Shown here: piece by piece, positions 48,001 through 58,412 of the stretch
Position numbering within the stretch: position 1 is the stretch's first letter
Layout of the letters: every line of letters starts with the position of its first letter
NCBI GenBank assembly: GCA_016860985.1
Contig: BOKM01000001.1
Span: forward strand, 399,462-463,461
Direction of reading: 5' to 3'
Length of the DNA stretch: 64,000 bases
From: Patescibacteria group bacterium
GTDB taxonomy: Bacteria; Patescibacteriota; Dojkabacteria; GCA-002793355
Notes under the pieces: generated by a model
What the model was told of the DNA's origin: nothing
Database searches by the model: none
Seen by the model: only the letters and a program-made list of their open reading frames with translations
Position numbers and translations under genes: made by a program

Positions 48001-48837
48001 CATCCAAGCATATTCCCACAAGAAAGAACCTGCGTTTGAGATTTTCACTACATTTCGAGAACCGTCCATCAGGTAAATATTGCCCTCTAAATCTACCTGA
48101 CTATCTAAAATCATACTTGCTTCTGCTATATCATTTTCATATTGCAATACGCCGGATGAGTTATACTTCCTCACCCTATTCAAATGATCACCACCAGACA
48201 CAAAAATATTATTGTCTTGATCTACAATAACAGTGGCAGAATTGGCAAGCATTGGGTCTGATTCAAACATAAACTCTGAAATAAAGCTTCCCTCCACGCT
48301 CCATTTTTGGAGATAGTCTTGCGTTGTAGCAACAACAATATTTCCAGCAGAATCACGAGACACGTCAGAAATTGGTCGAGCATTGGGGGTTACTCCATAC
48401 TCAATAATTTTTTCTACAAAAGTTCCGTCTAAGTTGAACTTGAGAACATAGTAATGATTTACGAGAAGCACATAATCACTTCCGATATCGATACTTATAA
48501 AATAAGGAGCTGTTGCTAAATCTTCGTATGGAGGAGCATTGAATGTGTTAATATGGGTGCCGCTTGGAGAATAAATCTCAATAACACTGGAATCCGACTG
48601 CCCGGTATAAACCGTTCCATCTGGAGCAACATCGAGGAATGCTATCTGATCTCCCCACTGAGAATCATCTACACCAGTTGTTGGCCACGGGTTGCCAGGT
48701 CGCCACTCCAGTACAAGCGATAGAGAGTCGTAGACTGCTTGACTTGTAGGACTCTTTACAAAAGCAAACAGCATGAACACAACCAACGTTGAGAGAATAG
48801 CAATAACTGCTTGAATCTTCCTGAGCATTACGAACAT
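45007..48837 (-). CDS. Large surface protein: NHL-like and second beta-propeller, Fn3-like domain, Thr/Pro linker, conserved membrane anchor module
   Basis: Propeller repeats; ERGVVYS...LQSNTLYYVRAYATNSLGTAYG (Fn3-like); RRKKRQAWGIVYDSKTK module. Confidence 0.85.
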   Translation of the reverse strand: MFVMLRKIQAVIAILSTLVVFMLFAFVKSPTSQAVYDSLSLVLEWRPGNPWPTTGVDDSQWGDQIAFLDVAPDGTVYTGQSDSSVIEIYSPSGTHINTFNAPPYEDLATAPYFISIDIGSDYVLLVNHYYVLKFNLDGTFVEKIIEYGVTPNARPISDVSRDSAGNIVVATTQDYLQKWSVEGSFISEFMFESDPMLANSATVIVDQDNNIFVSGGDHLNRVRKYNSSGVLQYENDIAEASMILDSQVDLEGNIYLMDGSRNVVKISNAGSFLWEYAWMPSPDSGTYNGPYNIALDVNNDLMYASNGCLYNGSTCDPGSIYKMQFDIPPVPTPTLPVAEWENVGSPINPGGYTGSVFVRTDKQNQDPIVAYPEYSQSESNYKVTVRRYNKNTGNWELVGNSRFSNPLTSSGQGRFSFDTCEDGRMVALIADASESDKATLYRYENGVWGVLGVAGASSNNAAYGLGMFCQPIAQLPYLYVFPDPSGVGDDLVYGYNFNPDLGGWVTIQEIPCTTTNGLTILNPNLLIGDPVNNFTWYACSNGSVSEFTGTLWNNPVSALFTSPTSVQDFDYDQGNSSWIFATENVVTNTFKVYSSPGGSAKTQMGADFDFPSVYDSSTFPASLEYNQTEDAMWYAVPTGDTTFSVKEFNGSSWNNVLSEFTETGLHADDIDLYHDPACNGANYLALAMQTGAGQSSIIVKRDSSFVPCGELPTVTTGSISLLTHNSAMVGGNVESDGYLAIIERGVVYSTTESSPTLSDTVQSTTGTTGEMYTLLSELQSNTLYYVRAYATNSLGTAYGEVVQFTTAVQPTPTPTPSSTATVTPTPTSVTATVTPTLTGTGTVTSTPPVTSSVTATPENTISSRREAQQSPICPVILTFASSPTIAAEGERVELSWITKNTTKVTINGSLVAVSGSTPFIVPADRKAKLIADNGACIASEVVNFENPAQQQLQTATAVGASALVAEILLQQAVSLGTATIGSSGAVMSTNLWGVALSIFNRRKKRQAWGIVYDSKTKNPLGRVVIRLLNVDTEAVVDTVVSDAQGVFQLKTQPGRYLIRVVRAGYQFPSTYVKGDTDGGYTHLYFGGVLTQGAADQQVTVSIPLDPEKETQAKRRTRLIFDAGFEALSTASTITLFAGFGYSLYVATLFPLPINIFASVLYGSVCIGKLLLTLWSPRTFGRVSTVTGKPLAGVEVGIFDKEFNTLLYRTFTNEKGEYNFAVPNKAYVLRLMDNTYKVYSGNNTQGIEIPAVKRKSSSEVRLIAHDLVVNLANNAAP

Positions 48838-48919
48838 AATAGCACAAAAGTGGCTCTTTGGCTCTATTTATTACTTCAGTTTTATGGCAAAAAAAGCATC
48901 TATCGCGTATACTCATATT

Positions 48920-49684
48920 ATGAAACTTAATGCAACATACATTTTTGTGATATTAGCAACAATTGCAACCATCACTATTAACGCACTCGCAAACATTCTT
49001 CCCTTTAACGGCGTAACCACGGCACAGGTCTCGGATCAATTGCGAAGTTATTTTGTTCCAGCCGGGTATGTTTTCAGTATTTGGGGAATCATATATCTAC
49101 TCCTTCTTGTTTTTTCTATTGGTTACGTAACGCTTTCAGAAAAACAAAAAGAAACCGCACAAAAAATTCTTCCCCTTTACTTCTTTTCGGCGTTCCTTAA
49201 TTCTATTTGGATAGTACTTTGGCACTACGGATTCTTTATGACTACAGTTGTGGTTATAGTCACTCTACTTTTGACACTCATTATGATTTATCAAGAATTA
49301 GGAAAGAACTCACCCACGACACTTAAAGAGAAAATAATCCTTCACATACCCTTTTCTGTATATCTCGCATGGGCATCAGTAGCAACAATTGCAAACATTT
49401 CAGGCGTACTCTGGCTTATAAATTGGAACGCCTTTGGAATTGCTGGGCAGATTTGGGCTGCAGCGCTTATGCTTGTTGCAGGAGCTTTGGCCGTTGCTAC
49501 CGCGATTATGCGAAAAGACATCGCTTTTTCTGCAGTTATCGTGTGGGCAGTTACTGGAATAATGGTTAAATTCCCGGACGAATTACCAATGCGCTATGCA
49601 GGACTGGTCACCGTTTCATCAATCATCATCGTGTGGGTGGTCTTCCTTCTTAAGTGGCTAAAAACAAGAAAAAAATCAAAGTAA
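48920..49684 (+). CDS. TspO/MBR-related tryptophan-rich membrane protein
   Basis: INALAN, FVPAGYVFSIWG.IY, LNSIWI..WH and PFSVYLAW.SVATIAN motifs. Confidence 0.8.
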   Translation: MKLNATYIFVILATIATITINALANILPFNGVTTAQVSDQLRSYFVPAGYVFSIWGIIYLLLLVFSIGYVTLSEKQKETAQKILPLYFFSAFLNSIWIVLWHYGFFMTTVVVIVTLLLTLIMIYQELGKNSPTTLKEKIILHIPFSVYLAWASVATIANISGVLWLINWNAFGIAGQIWAAALMLVAGALAVATAIMRKDIAFSAVIVWAVTGIMVKFPDELPMRYAGLVTVSSIIIVWVVFLLKWLKTRKKSK

Positions 49685-49695
49685 TACCTACTCTT

Positions 49696-50241
49696 ATGCC
49701 AGAATTCAAAAACCAAGGAAACCTTTTTGGGGCAGCACCCGATCGACCATATCATCTGTCGGTTGGAGTTGTAGTGCTCAATGCCGACAATGATATTTTA
49801 GCGCTTTACTACCCAACTATCGACGAGATTACTGACATCTACGTACTTCCGAATAAAACAGTAAAGCCAAACGAAACCCCTGCTGACGCGGCAATCCGAG
49901 GGGCAAAACAAGAACTAGGATGTGATATACAAATTATAACTTTTCTTGGGAGCACTCAAACTCAAGATATTTGGTGGAAAGAGATTGAAACGCCAAAGCC
50001 AGTAGAAAAGACCGTTTTATACTTTTTGGCTCGCGCCACGAATCAAGATTCGGCTGCCGTAAAAGACGTAAACGAAACAGAGGGAAGAACAGTAGTCGCA
50101 AAAACCTTTGGATTCCTTATCGAGAACATGAGCAAAACACAGTTAAAGGATGGGATGAGGGATTTCAACCATGCAGCAATATTAGCAAGAGCACAAACGT
50201 GGATTTCAACTCACCCAGATTTACAATCGGAAACGCTTTAA
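49696..50241 (+). CDS. Nudix-fold protein with degenerate Nudix box
   Basis: YHLSVGVVV, LPNKTVKPNETPADAAIRGAKQELG. Confidence 0.65.
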   Translation: MPEFKNQGNLFGAAPDRPYHLSVGVVVLNADNDILALYYPTIDEITDIYVLPNKTVKPNETPADAAIRGAKQELGCDIQIITFLGSTQTQDIWWKEIETPKPVEKTVLYFLARATNQDSAAVKDVNETEGRTVVAKTFGFLIENMSKTQLKDGMRDFNHAAILARAQTWISTHPDLQSETL

Positions 50242-50246
50242 TCTCA

Positions 50247-51308
50247 CTATTCTTTTGACTTGTAGTACCGCTGATAAACTTCAAAGGTAGTAGTCATCAT
50301 AACCATCACAAGTGGCCCGTAGATAAAGCCCCACACTCCAAACACTTGGATTCCCCCAATAAGACCTAGCAACATAAGTACCGGATGCAGTTCTGCTTCT
50401 TTTGGTACCAAATATGGCCTAAGAATATTATCTATCGTTGATGTAAACAGGAACTGTACAAGGAGAAGAAAAACCCCTTGCCAATAATTTCCTAACAGAA
50501 AAAGAATAAGTGCAGCAGGAACAGTAATAAAAGATGCTCCGAGTGGCAATATTGAGACCACAATCAGGGTTAGAAACCAAAAGAAGACATACGGAACGCC
50601 AGCAATCCAAAGCGAAATTGCAGCGATTGAGCCCTGAATAAGCGCAATAACAAAGGTTCCTTTCGCAATCCCTTTTACCATTGCGGTTACCCTATCGATA
50701 TAGAGTGTATCGAGACTTTCGGTTAGTGGACTGACTCGCTTTATAAAGCGCAGCATTCGATCGTATTCAGGAAAGCCGTACCAAATAAGGTACATAAATA
50801 CAATAATAAGGGGGAAACTGGTAGCAAACCAAATTCCCGCATCTACGGAAAAACCAAGGAGGTAATTAGCAACTGGGGTGATATTCTCTTGAATCAACAA
50901 CCTTACATTATCGATAGAAAGTCTAAAATCGAAATATGGAATTCGTGACAAAATGGCATTTACTTTATCAAACGATGCTACAACTACATCATAAACTGAG
51001 GTTCCTCCCTGCAAAAAGGCGTTGATATCTTTATAGAAGACTTGGAATTGCGACACAGACAGATTGATAAAGATCGAAATCGGAACTAAGACAGTAAACA
51101 ACACCGCCAAGACAGCAACAAAGGTTGCTAAAAACTTAGGGAATTTAAACTTCTCAATTACAAAGAGATAAATTGGTCGAAAGAGTGTGGTAATTACCCA
51201 AGCCAACAATATCAAATCGCGCATTGGCCACAACACAACAACGCCCAACCCTAGCACAACAAACAAAAAACCGTAAAAGAATATTCTGCTATGTATTTTT
51301 TCTGCCAT
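50247..51308 (-). CDS. AI-2E family transporter
   Basis: IALIQG, IDNILRPYL, LHPVL.LLGLIGG..FG..GFIYGP; multiple TM helices. Confidence 0.9.
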   Translation of the reverse strand: MAEKIHSRIFFYGFLFVVLGLGVVVLWPMRDLILLAWVITTLFRPIYLFVIEKFKFPKFLATFVAVLAVLFTVLVPISIFINLSVSQFQVFYKDINAFLQGGTSVYDVVVASFDKVNAILSRIPYFDFRLSIDNVRLLIQENITPVANYLLGFSVDAGIWFATSFPLIIVFMYLIWYGFPEYDRMLRFIKRVSPLTESLDTLYIDRVTAMVKGIAKGTFVIALIQGSIAAISLWIAGVPYVFFWFLTLIVVSILPLGASFITVPAALILFLLGNYWQGVFLLLVQFLFTSTIDNILRPYLVPKEAELHPVLMLLGLIGGIQVFGVWGFIYGPLVMVMMTTTFEVYQRYYKSKE

Positions 51309-51354
51309 ACAGTATTGTATCAATTTTTTGATTCGACAGTAACGGCAGTTCGAA

Positions 51355-51702
51355 CTATGCGCTTGTTGGTTTTGGCATACCACTTAGAATATGCATGTGT
51401 TCGTGTTCTAAATGGTTGTAACCTGCACCATTATTTTGCAACACATATCCGGTGCGATCGTATCCTCCAGCAGATACTACTTCCCAAATGGCTTTCATAA
51501 AGGAATCCCAATACCCGTCAGGTGATGTTCGTGCCTCACTTTTTTCTAAATGAGCTTTTGGCAGAACAAGGATATCTATTGGGGCTTCGGGAAACTTATT
51601 TTCTATTGCAAGAAAATCTTCATTCTCCCAAATCTTTTTAGAGGGGGCTTTTCCTGCTGCAATAAGACAAAAGATACAATCGTCTGAATATTTTTTCTCC
51701 AT
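51355..51702 (-). CDS. HIT (histidine triad) family protein
   Basis: DCIFC.I, LVLPK.H, NNG and HEHMH triad. Confidence 0.9.
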   Translation of the reverse strand: MEKKYSDDCIFCLIAAGKAPSKKIWENEDFLAIENKFPEAPIDILVLPKAHLEKSEARTSPDGYWDSFMKAIWEVVSAGGYDRTGYVLQNNGAGYNHLEHEHMHILSGMPKPTSA

Positions 51703-51719
51703 GTAAGATTGTAACAAAA

Positions 51720-52001
51720 TTAAAATGTTGGCGTTGGTGTTACGGAAGGAGTTACCTGAACAGAATCTGGATCTACCCCATCCTCAAACTGTTTTGGTGT
51801 TAACGCAAGATATTTCTCAGCTCTATCAGTAAATGCAGTTAAAGATTCTACATCAAGTGCTTCAGGCAATAGATTAATTGAATCGGCTGTTATTCCTGGA
51901 CCTTCCTTTTCTCCGCCAAAAAAGACAAAGAATACCTCGCCAACAGCAGCAACTGCAGCTAATACGAGCGCAATAACTATAAAACCTTTTGCGTTATTCA
52001 T
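51720..52001 (-). CDS. Small membrane-anchored protein at the PilP position
   Basis: Single TM; translationally coupled downstream of the pilO-like gene. Confidence 0.55.
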   Translation of the reverse strand: MNNAKGFIVIALVLAAVAAVGEVFFVFFGGEKEGPGITADSINLLPEALDVESLTAFTDRAEKYLALTPKQFEDGVDPDSVQVTPSVTPTPTF

Positions 52002-52614
52002 TTGGTGCTGCTGCGCTACTCATTTTATACAACAATAGTGTAAGAGACATACCTGTTTTGGCAGGTTCTGTTTTGTTCGGTGTATAGCTAATACTTAACA
52101 CTTTAGGAAGAAACGGCGTACTCTCAATATAAGTCAAAAAGTCTGCGAGTTGAGTCGTATCACCTGTTACAGCGACCATAAAGGTTTGTGGCGTCATCTC
52201 CGCAAATTGCAAATCTGCAATCTTTTCAACTTGCCTAAAATAACTGGCAGAAAAACTAACGGAATCTAATGACAACTTGTAGCGCTTCGCTATTTGATTC
52301 AAGTTTGTAATAAACAGCGAATAATCACCATCGTTAGGGAAGTAATAATCTAGTGCTTGAAGTTTTTCTTTTTGCTCAAGCCTGTCTTTAAGTAATGACG
52401 TAAGATTTGTGTTTTGTTGAACAAGCTTTTCGACGGTTGCCTGTTTTTCTGTGTATTTTCTATTTGTTTGGATGATTGTAATCATAGTTGGTCTAAAAGA
52501 ACCCCACAACAAAGCTACCACAAGTGCAAACGTCAACAAACCCGTCGAAATTGCCTTTTGCTGACTTGTTTGTAATACTCCGGTGATATTCCTTGAACCT
52601 GCGAGCTGTGCCAT
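51994..52614 (-). CDS. pilO: Type IV pilus PilO-like protein
   Basis: TM, coiled coil, ferredoxin-like G....L..FL..IE..P pattern; follows the pilN-like gene. Confidence 0.65.
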   Translation of the reverse strand: MAQLAGSRNITGVLQTSQQKAISTGLLTFALVVALLWGSFRPTMITIIQTNRKYTEKQATVEKLVQQNTNLTSLLKDRLEQKEKLQALDYYFPNDGDYSLFITNLNQIAKRYKLSLDSVSFSASYFRQVEKIADLQFAEMTPQTFMVAVTGDTTQLADFLTYIESTPFLPKVLSISYTPNKTEPAKTGMSLTLLLYKMSSAAAPNE

Positions 52615-52616
52615 AA

Positions 52617-53165
52617 CTAGTTTTCTGTCAGCTTAAGTTTAAAAGTCACCGAAAAATTGATAACCCCACCGGCAGCTTGATTTGCAGACATCGACACATT
52701 GGTGAGGGAACCTGTTGCTTCTTTAAAGTTATTTTCTAACTGTAAAAGAGTATCGTAGGCTGCAACCTGACCCGATATCGAACAACCGCTGATATCGATA
52801 CTTATTGACTGTACCACTACACTGGGGGGAATAAGTGCTTGCACCTGTTCGTAAAAAGATGCGAGCGAGTACTTGCTGCTATCCATTTTTTGAATACTTT
52901 CCATACTCTGAAGGAGCTGCCTAACTTGAGATTCTTCTGTTGAGCGAGCATCCAGTAATTGTTTTTGCAACTCGATTTGTCGATCCATCGCTGCGATTCG
53001 CCCATCAATTACAAATCGAAATGCAATTGCACCAAGAACAACAATTTCTGTAACAATAATGATATATTTTGCCGTATTTGCCGTCCAAGCATATATACGA
53101 TCCCACTGACCTTGCGGGCGGATTTCTGCTATTAACAAATTGATTGAAGACTTTTGGGCAGGCAT
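52617..53165 (-). CDS. pilN: Type IV pilus PilN-like protein
   Basis: N-terminal INLL PilM-binding motif, TM, coiled coil, IP..V.V.SI...ISG and F.V. Confidence 0.75.
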   Translation of the reverse strand: MPAQKSSINLLIAEIRPQGQWDRIYAWTANTAKYIIIVTEIVVLGAIAFRFVIDGRIAAMDRQIELQKQLLDARSTEESQVRQLLQSMESIQKMDSSKYSLASFYEQVQALIPPSVVVQSISIDISGCSISGQVAAYDTLLQLENNFKEATGSLTNVSMSANQAAGGVINFSVTFKLKLTEN

Positions 53166-53221
53166 AACAGTACAGTATATCAGAATCTTGCTTCAGGTGT
53201 TACGTGGGAGTACGATGATAT

Positions 53222-54310
53222 ATGCAGAAACCATTATTAACAAAATTACTTGTTCTTGTACTTATTATTGGGACAGGAGTCGGAGGTTACTATTTCGGCT
53301 CTCGAAATACTGCTGTTCCTACTGCGCTGTCACCCACACCAACTCCGACCATTGTAATTGCCACTCCGCCAGAATTACCTATCGAACTCCTTCCTACTGG
53401 CACTCCTACTACAACCACTTCGCCAGTTACATGGAAGAAATTCACATCAAAAAATTGGTCCTTTTATTATCCGAGCGACGCGAAAGTAACCGCCACAAGT
53501 CGATACCTTTCGGGAGAATGTTATGACGATAAAAACATCTATGTTGGATGTGGAACATTAGATATTGATTACAAAGAGCTGCACCTTGAAGACAGCCCCT
53601 GTTCAGAGTGCAGCCCCGGATACAACGGATATTACATGACACAAGGAAAAGCAGTACTTGTTTACGGAAACCAAGAAGAAGGAGTACTTCGAACTGTAAT
53701 TAACGAATCACCTACACCAGAAAAGAAACAAGTGACAATTGCTTATACTGGATTTAAACGGGGTACTGCCAGCCCGATTGGGGTGGTAACTATGCTTGCG
53801 CCAAAAGCAGATTTTGGTCAGTACTACGTTGTCGCGGACAAACTTGCAATTTCCATACTAACAGACGGCAAAGAAATTACTACGCTACCCGCGCCTTCTT
53901 ATTACCCTATCGCCTATTCTACTGCAGGAGAAGTCCAAATCATTGATAACATGGGAAGACTGATTCAAGAAATTCCAACATCATTAGCGAAGTTAAATGG
54001 AAACGGCAGATTTGCAGCACTTTCGCCAACTCAGTATTACGACTTAGTCAATAAAACATATATCGAAATCGAAGATTCTGCCCGCTATTTCCAAGACGAA
54101 ACAGATTACTACGATATGGAGCTTTCAGTTTGGACCTCTGATACAGAGTTTATGGTGCATAGCTGTCCAGGCGATGTGGAAGGCTGCTTGGAAGTTCTCG
54201 TTGATGTAGAAAAGAAGACAATGAAAATTCTTGGTGAGACCGAAGGTAACAAGCTATGGGAAGAAGCATACAAATTTACCTACGAAGTAGGTTACTTCCT
54301 TTCAGAATAA
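53222..54310 (+). CDS. Membrane-anchored hypothetical surface protein
   Basis: N-terminal TM with GGYYFG, Thr/Pro linker, WKKF....SFYYP motif typical of CPR PsbP-like surface proteins. Confidence 0.65.
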   Translation: MQKPLLTKLLVLVLIIGTGVGGYYFGSRNTAVPTALSPTPTPTIVIATPPELPIELLPTGTPTTTTSPVTWKKFTSKNWSFYYPSDAKVTATSRYLSGECYDDKNIYVGCGTLDIDYKELHLEDSPCSECSPGYNGYYMTQGKAVLVYGNQEEGVLRTVINESPTPEKKQVTIAYTGFKRGTASPIGVVTMLAPKADFGQYYVVADKLAISILTDGKEITTLPAPSYYPIAYSTAGEVQIIDNMGRLIQEIPTSLAKLNGNGRFAALSPTQYYDLVNKTYIEIEDSARYFQDETDYYDMELSVWTSDTEFMVHSCPGDVEGCLEVLVDVEKKTMKILGETEGNKLWEEAYKFTYEVGYFLSE

Positions 54311-54326
54311 CGAAAGTACTAGGAAT

Positions 54327-55838
54327 TTAATGAATATAGGTTGATAACCTTCTTTCTTCTGCAATTTCTCGTAAACGATATAGTGCTTTTGCTTCTATTT
54401 GTCGAATTCGTTCTCTGGTTACTTTGAATTCTTTGCCGACTTCTTCGAGTGTTCTAACTACACCATCTACAAGACCAAATCGAAGTTCAAGAACTCGTCT
54501 CTCTCTTTCTGGCAGATCTTTAAGCAAATCAATAAGTTCTTTATGAAGAATCTCTCGTGCAGCTTCTTCTTCTGGACCTTCGATCTTAGTATCTGCTACG
54601 ATTTCGGCCAATTGCACGTCATCTTCGTCGTTGCTTGAGGAAGAACGTTCACCTGTAAGAGATGTAGGGTGCTGTGAAATCTGGTCAATGTACTCTAGCT
54701 TTTCACGATCCATCTCCATTGCTCGTGCGAGTTCTGAGATTGTTGGAGTCCTTCCGAGTTTAGAGGCTAATTGAGTTTTTACTTTTCGTAGCTTGTTAAT
54801 GGTTTCGTGCATGTGCACTGGGATTCGAATGGTTCGCCCTTGGTCTGCGATTGCACGGGTAATTGACTGACGAATCCACCATGTTGCATATGTTGAGAAC
54901 TTGAAACCCTTTCGGCGATCAAATTTATTGACTGCTTTCATTAATCCAATATTTCCTTCTTGGATAAGGTCAAGAAAATCAAGACCTTTTCGAGCATATC
55001 GCTTTGCTACGCTAACGACAAGACGAAGGTTCGCAAGTGTCAAAAGTGCCTTTGCTTTATCACCTTCAACTAGATATTTTCCAATTTCTCTCTCGGCAAC
55101 TGGGGTAATTTTTGGTACTTTTGCAAAAATCTCACCATTAAATCTACCGACTGCAACATTCCACTCCTTTTCTAAACGAGCCAAAGCGCCGGGGAATTCT
55201 TCAATTGGCTTATTTTTTGCACCCTCTTTAACAAAGGAAATAAACGATCCGATTCCTTTTTCTGCTAATTCCTTAGTAAATACATCAAGATAGTTCATCA
55301 TCCCTTCGTTGTTATACAAAGGAGAAAAGGACAAACCACCGGATGGCTTAGTAAGTGGCTGTTTTGAATCAATCTGCTTTAAAAGTTTTGCTACAGCTTC
55401 ATCCAATTTCGCACCTTTAAGTTTTGCAACTTCCAAAAACCATTCTCTGAAGAAAAGAAGAATCTGAAAAAACTCTAATACCACGCCATAATCCTTTCTT
55501 TCTGCGAGTACTTGCTCTTCGTCCTGGGTTAACAACGGAATTTTACCAATCTCTTGAAGATAAGAACGTAACGGATTTCCCGTAACCGATGCCTGAATGC
55601 TTTCTAAAATTTTGATCTTTTCTTCCAACGACATTTTCATGGGTTTGTCGGGCATATCGTCTGCATACAAGACCTCGACATTTTCCTTCTCTAACAAGGC
55701 AAGAAATGTTTCAAGAGATTCTAAGTCAACTTCTGGATTTGGAAATACCAACAAGATATCACTCTCTGTCAAAAAACCTTGATTTTGCCCCTTTGCAAGG
55801 AGCACTTGAACCTTTTTTCTAGAAAGAATATCTTTCAT
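54327..55838 (-). CDS. rpoD: Primary RNA polymerase sigma70 factor with a large insertion between regions 1.2 and 2
   Basis: [60 protein letters not shown] and TRERIRQIE. Confidence 0.95.
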   Translation of the reverse strand: MKDILSRKKVQVLLAKGQNQGFLTESDILLVFPNPEVDLESLETFLALLEKENVEVLYADDMPDKPMKMSLEEKIKILESIQASVTGNPLRSYLQEIGKIPLLTQDEEQVLAERKDYGVVLEFFQILLFFREWFLEVAKLKGAKLDEAVAKLLKQIDSKQPLTKPSGGLSFSPLYNNEGMMNYLDVFTKELAEKGIGSFISFVKEGAKNKPIEEFPGALARLEKEWNVAVGRFNGEIFAKVPKITPVAEREIGKYLVEGDKAKALLTLANLRLVVSVAKRYARKGLDFLDLIQEGNIGLMKAVNKFDRRKGFKFSTYATWWIRQSITRAIADQGRTIRIPVHMHETINKLRKVKTQLASKLGRTPTISELARAMEMDREKLEYIDQISQHPTSLTGERSSSSNDEDDVQLAEIVADTKIEGPEEEAAREILHKELIDLLKDLPERERRVLELRFGLVDGVVRTLEEVGKEFKVTRERIRQIEAKALYRLREIAEERRLSTYIH

Positions 55839-55859
55839 TACCGTGTTATAATTGAAATT
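55839..55859. promoter_or_regulatory. Bidirectional overlapping -10 elements between rpoD and the zinc-ribbon gene
   Basis: TGTTATAAT 7 nt before ATG 55860 (+); TATAAC 6 nt before ATG 55838 (-). Confidence 0.55.
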
Positions 55860-57352
<1,493 letters not shown>

Positions 57353-57452
57353 ATAGACTTTACACAAACGCCACTCGCCAAGTTTAACTTCGCGACACAA
57401 CACTTTTCATTCTTATTTTCGTTACGCAGCAAATTGGCATATAATCCACTAT

Positions 57453-58412
57453 ATGGCGCAAACACAACCTTCAACCACAAGCAGGAACGTACATATTCGA
57501 TATTATGCTGACGCCTGCGAAAGACTGAATATTCCATACGCCCTTAGCGTCAGAACTAGGCGACTTTCGCTTACCACAAAGTCTGGCAAAAAGGTGTACT
57601 GCTACAAAGCTTCTACCCCCCTAAATTTTCAAGCATCGGTTACCTTATCAAAAGACAAATTTGAACTTCACCAAGCACTAGAACCATCAGGCCTCCCGCT
57701 TCCTGACCAAAAACGGGTTAAAAACAGTGACGAATTACGTGACTTTTTCAGCAAGCATCAAAAGATTGTTGTAAAACCTGCAGACTCGCATGGTGGACGC
57801 GGCGTAACAGTACTTCCCTCGAAAGATGAGCTTGATAGCGCATGGGAACGGGCGAGAAAAGAATCGCGTATCGTTATCGCCGAACAGTACGTTGCAGGCA
57901 AAAATTATCGATTTCTCGTATTAAAAGACAACGTACTCGCAATCGCGTTTCGTCAACCGCCAGCAATTCGCGGAGATGGAATCACCGACCTAGAAACACT
58001 GTTTACTGATTTGAATGCTGAAAATAAGGCACAGGGTTTGCCAAAAATTCCTGATACACCATATACATGGAAAATTGTTGAAGACCAAGGATTTAGCCGT
58101 GATTCAATTCCTCCTGCGGGCTCTGAAATTTTGCTTCGACTAACTGCCAACTTATCCTTAGGTGGAACAGTGCAGGACGTAACGGATTTATGCCACCCGT
58201 CATACAAGCAGCTCGCTATAGAAGCTACTAAACAACTTGGGCTCACGTTCGCAGGAATCGACATTATCGCAGAAGATATTTGCATGCCGAACAAGCCAGC
58301 TTTTATCATTGAGGCAAATGCGGCACCCGGATTAAGAATTCATTACAAAAGCACAAACGGGAAGACGGCAGACGTTGCAATGCAGGTAATATCTGCAATC
58401 ATGGAGCTATGA
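57453..58412 (+). CDS. ATP-grasp ligase resembling the cyanophycin-synthetase/GshAB ATP-grasp domain
   Basis: KDK, VVKP..SHGGRGV, GDG, ANLSLGG, GIDII and IEANAAPGL motifs. Confidence 0.85.
   Translation: MAQTQPSTTSRNVHIRYYADACERLNIPYALSVRTRRLSLTTKSGKKVYCYKASTPLNFQASVTLSKDKFELHQALEPSGLPLPDQKRVKNSDELRDFFSKHQKIVVKPADSHGGRGVTVLPSKDELDSAWERARKESRIVIAEQYVAGKNYRFLVLKDNVLAIAFRQPPAIRGDGITDLETLFTDLNAENKAQGLPKIPDTPYTWKIVEDQGFSRDSIPPAGSEILLRLTANLSLGGTVQDVTDLCHPSYKQLAIEATKQLGLTFAGIDIIAEDICMPNKPAFIIEANAAPGLRIHYKSTNGKTADVAMQVISAIMEL

Noticed and set aside
55060-55510. Possible intein in rpoD
   Set aside because: No N-terminal Cys/Ser, no C-terminal His-Asn, no LAGLIDADG motifs
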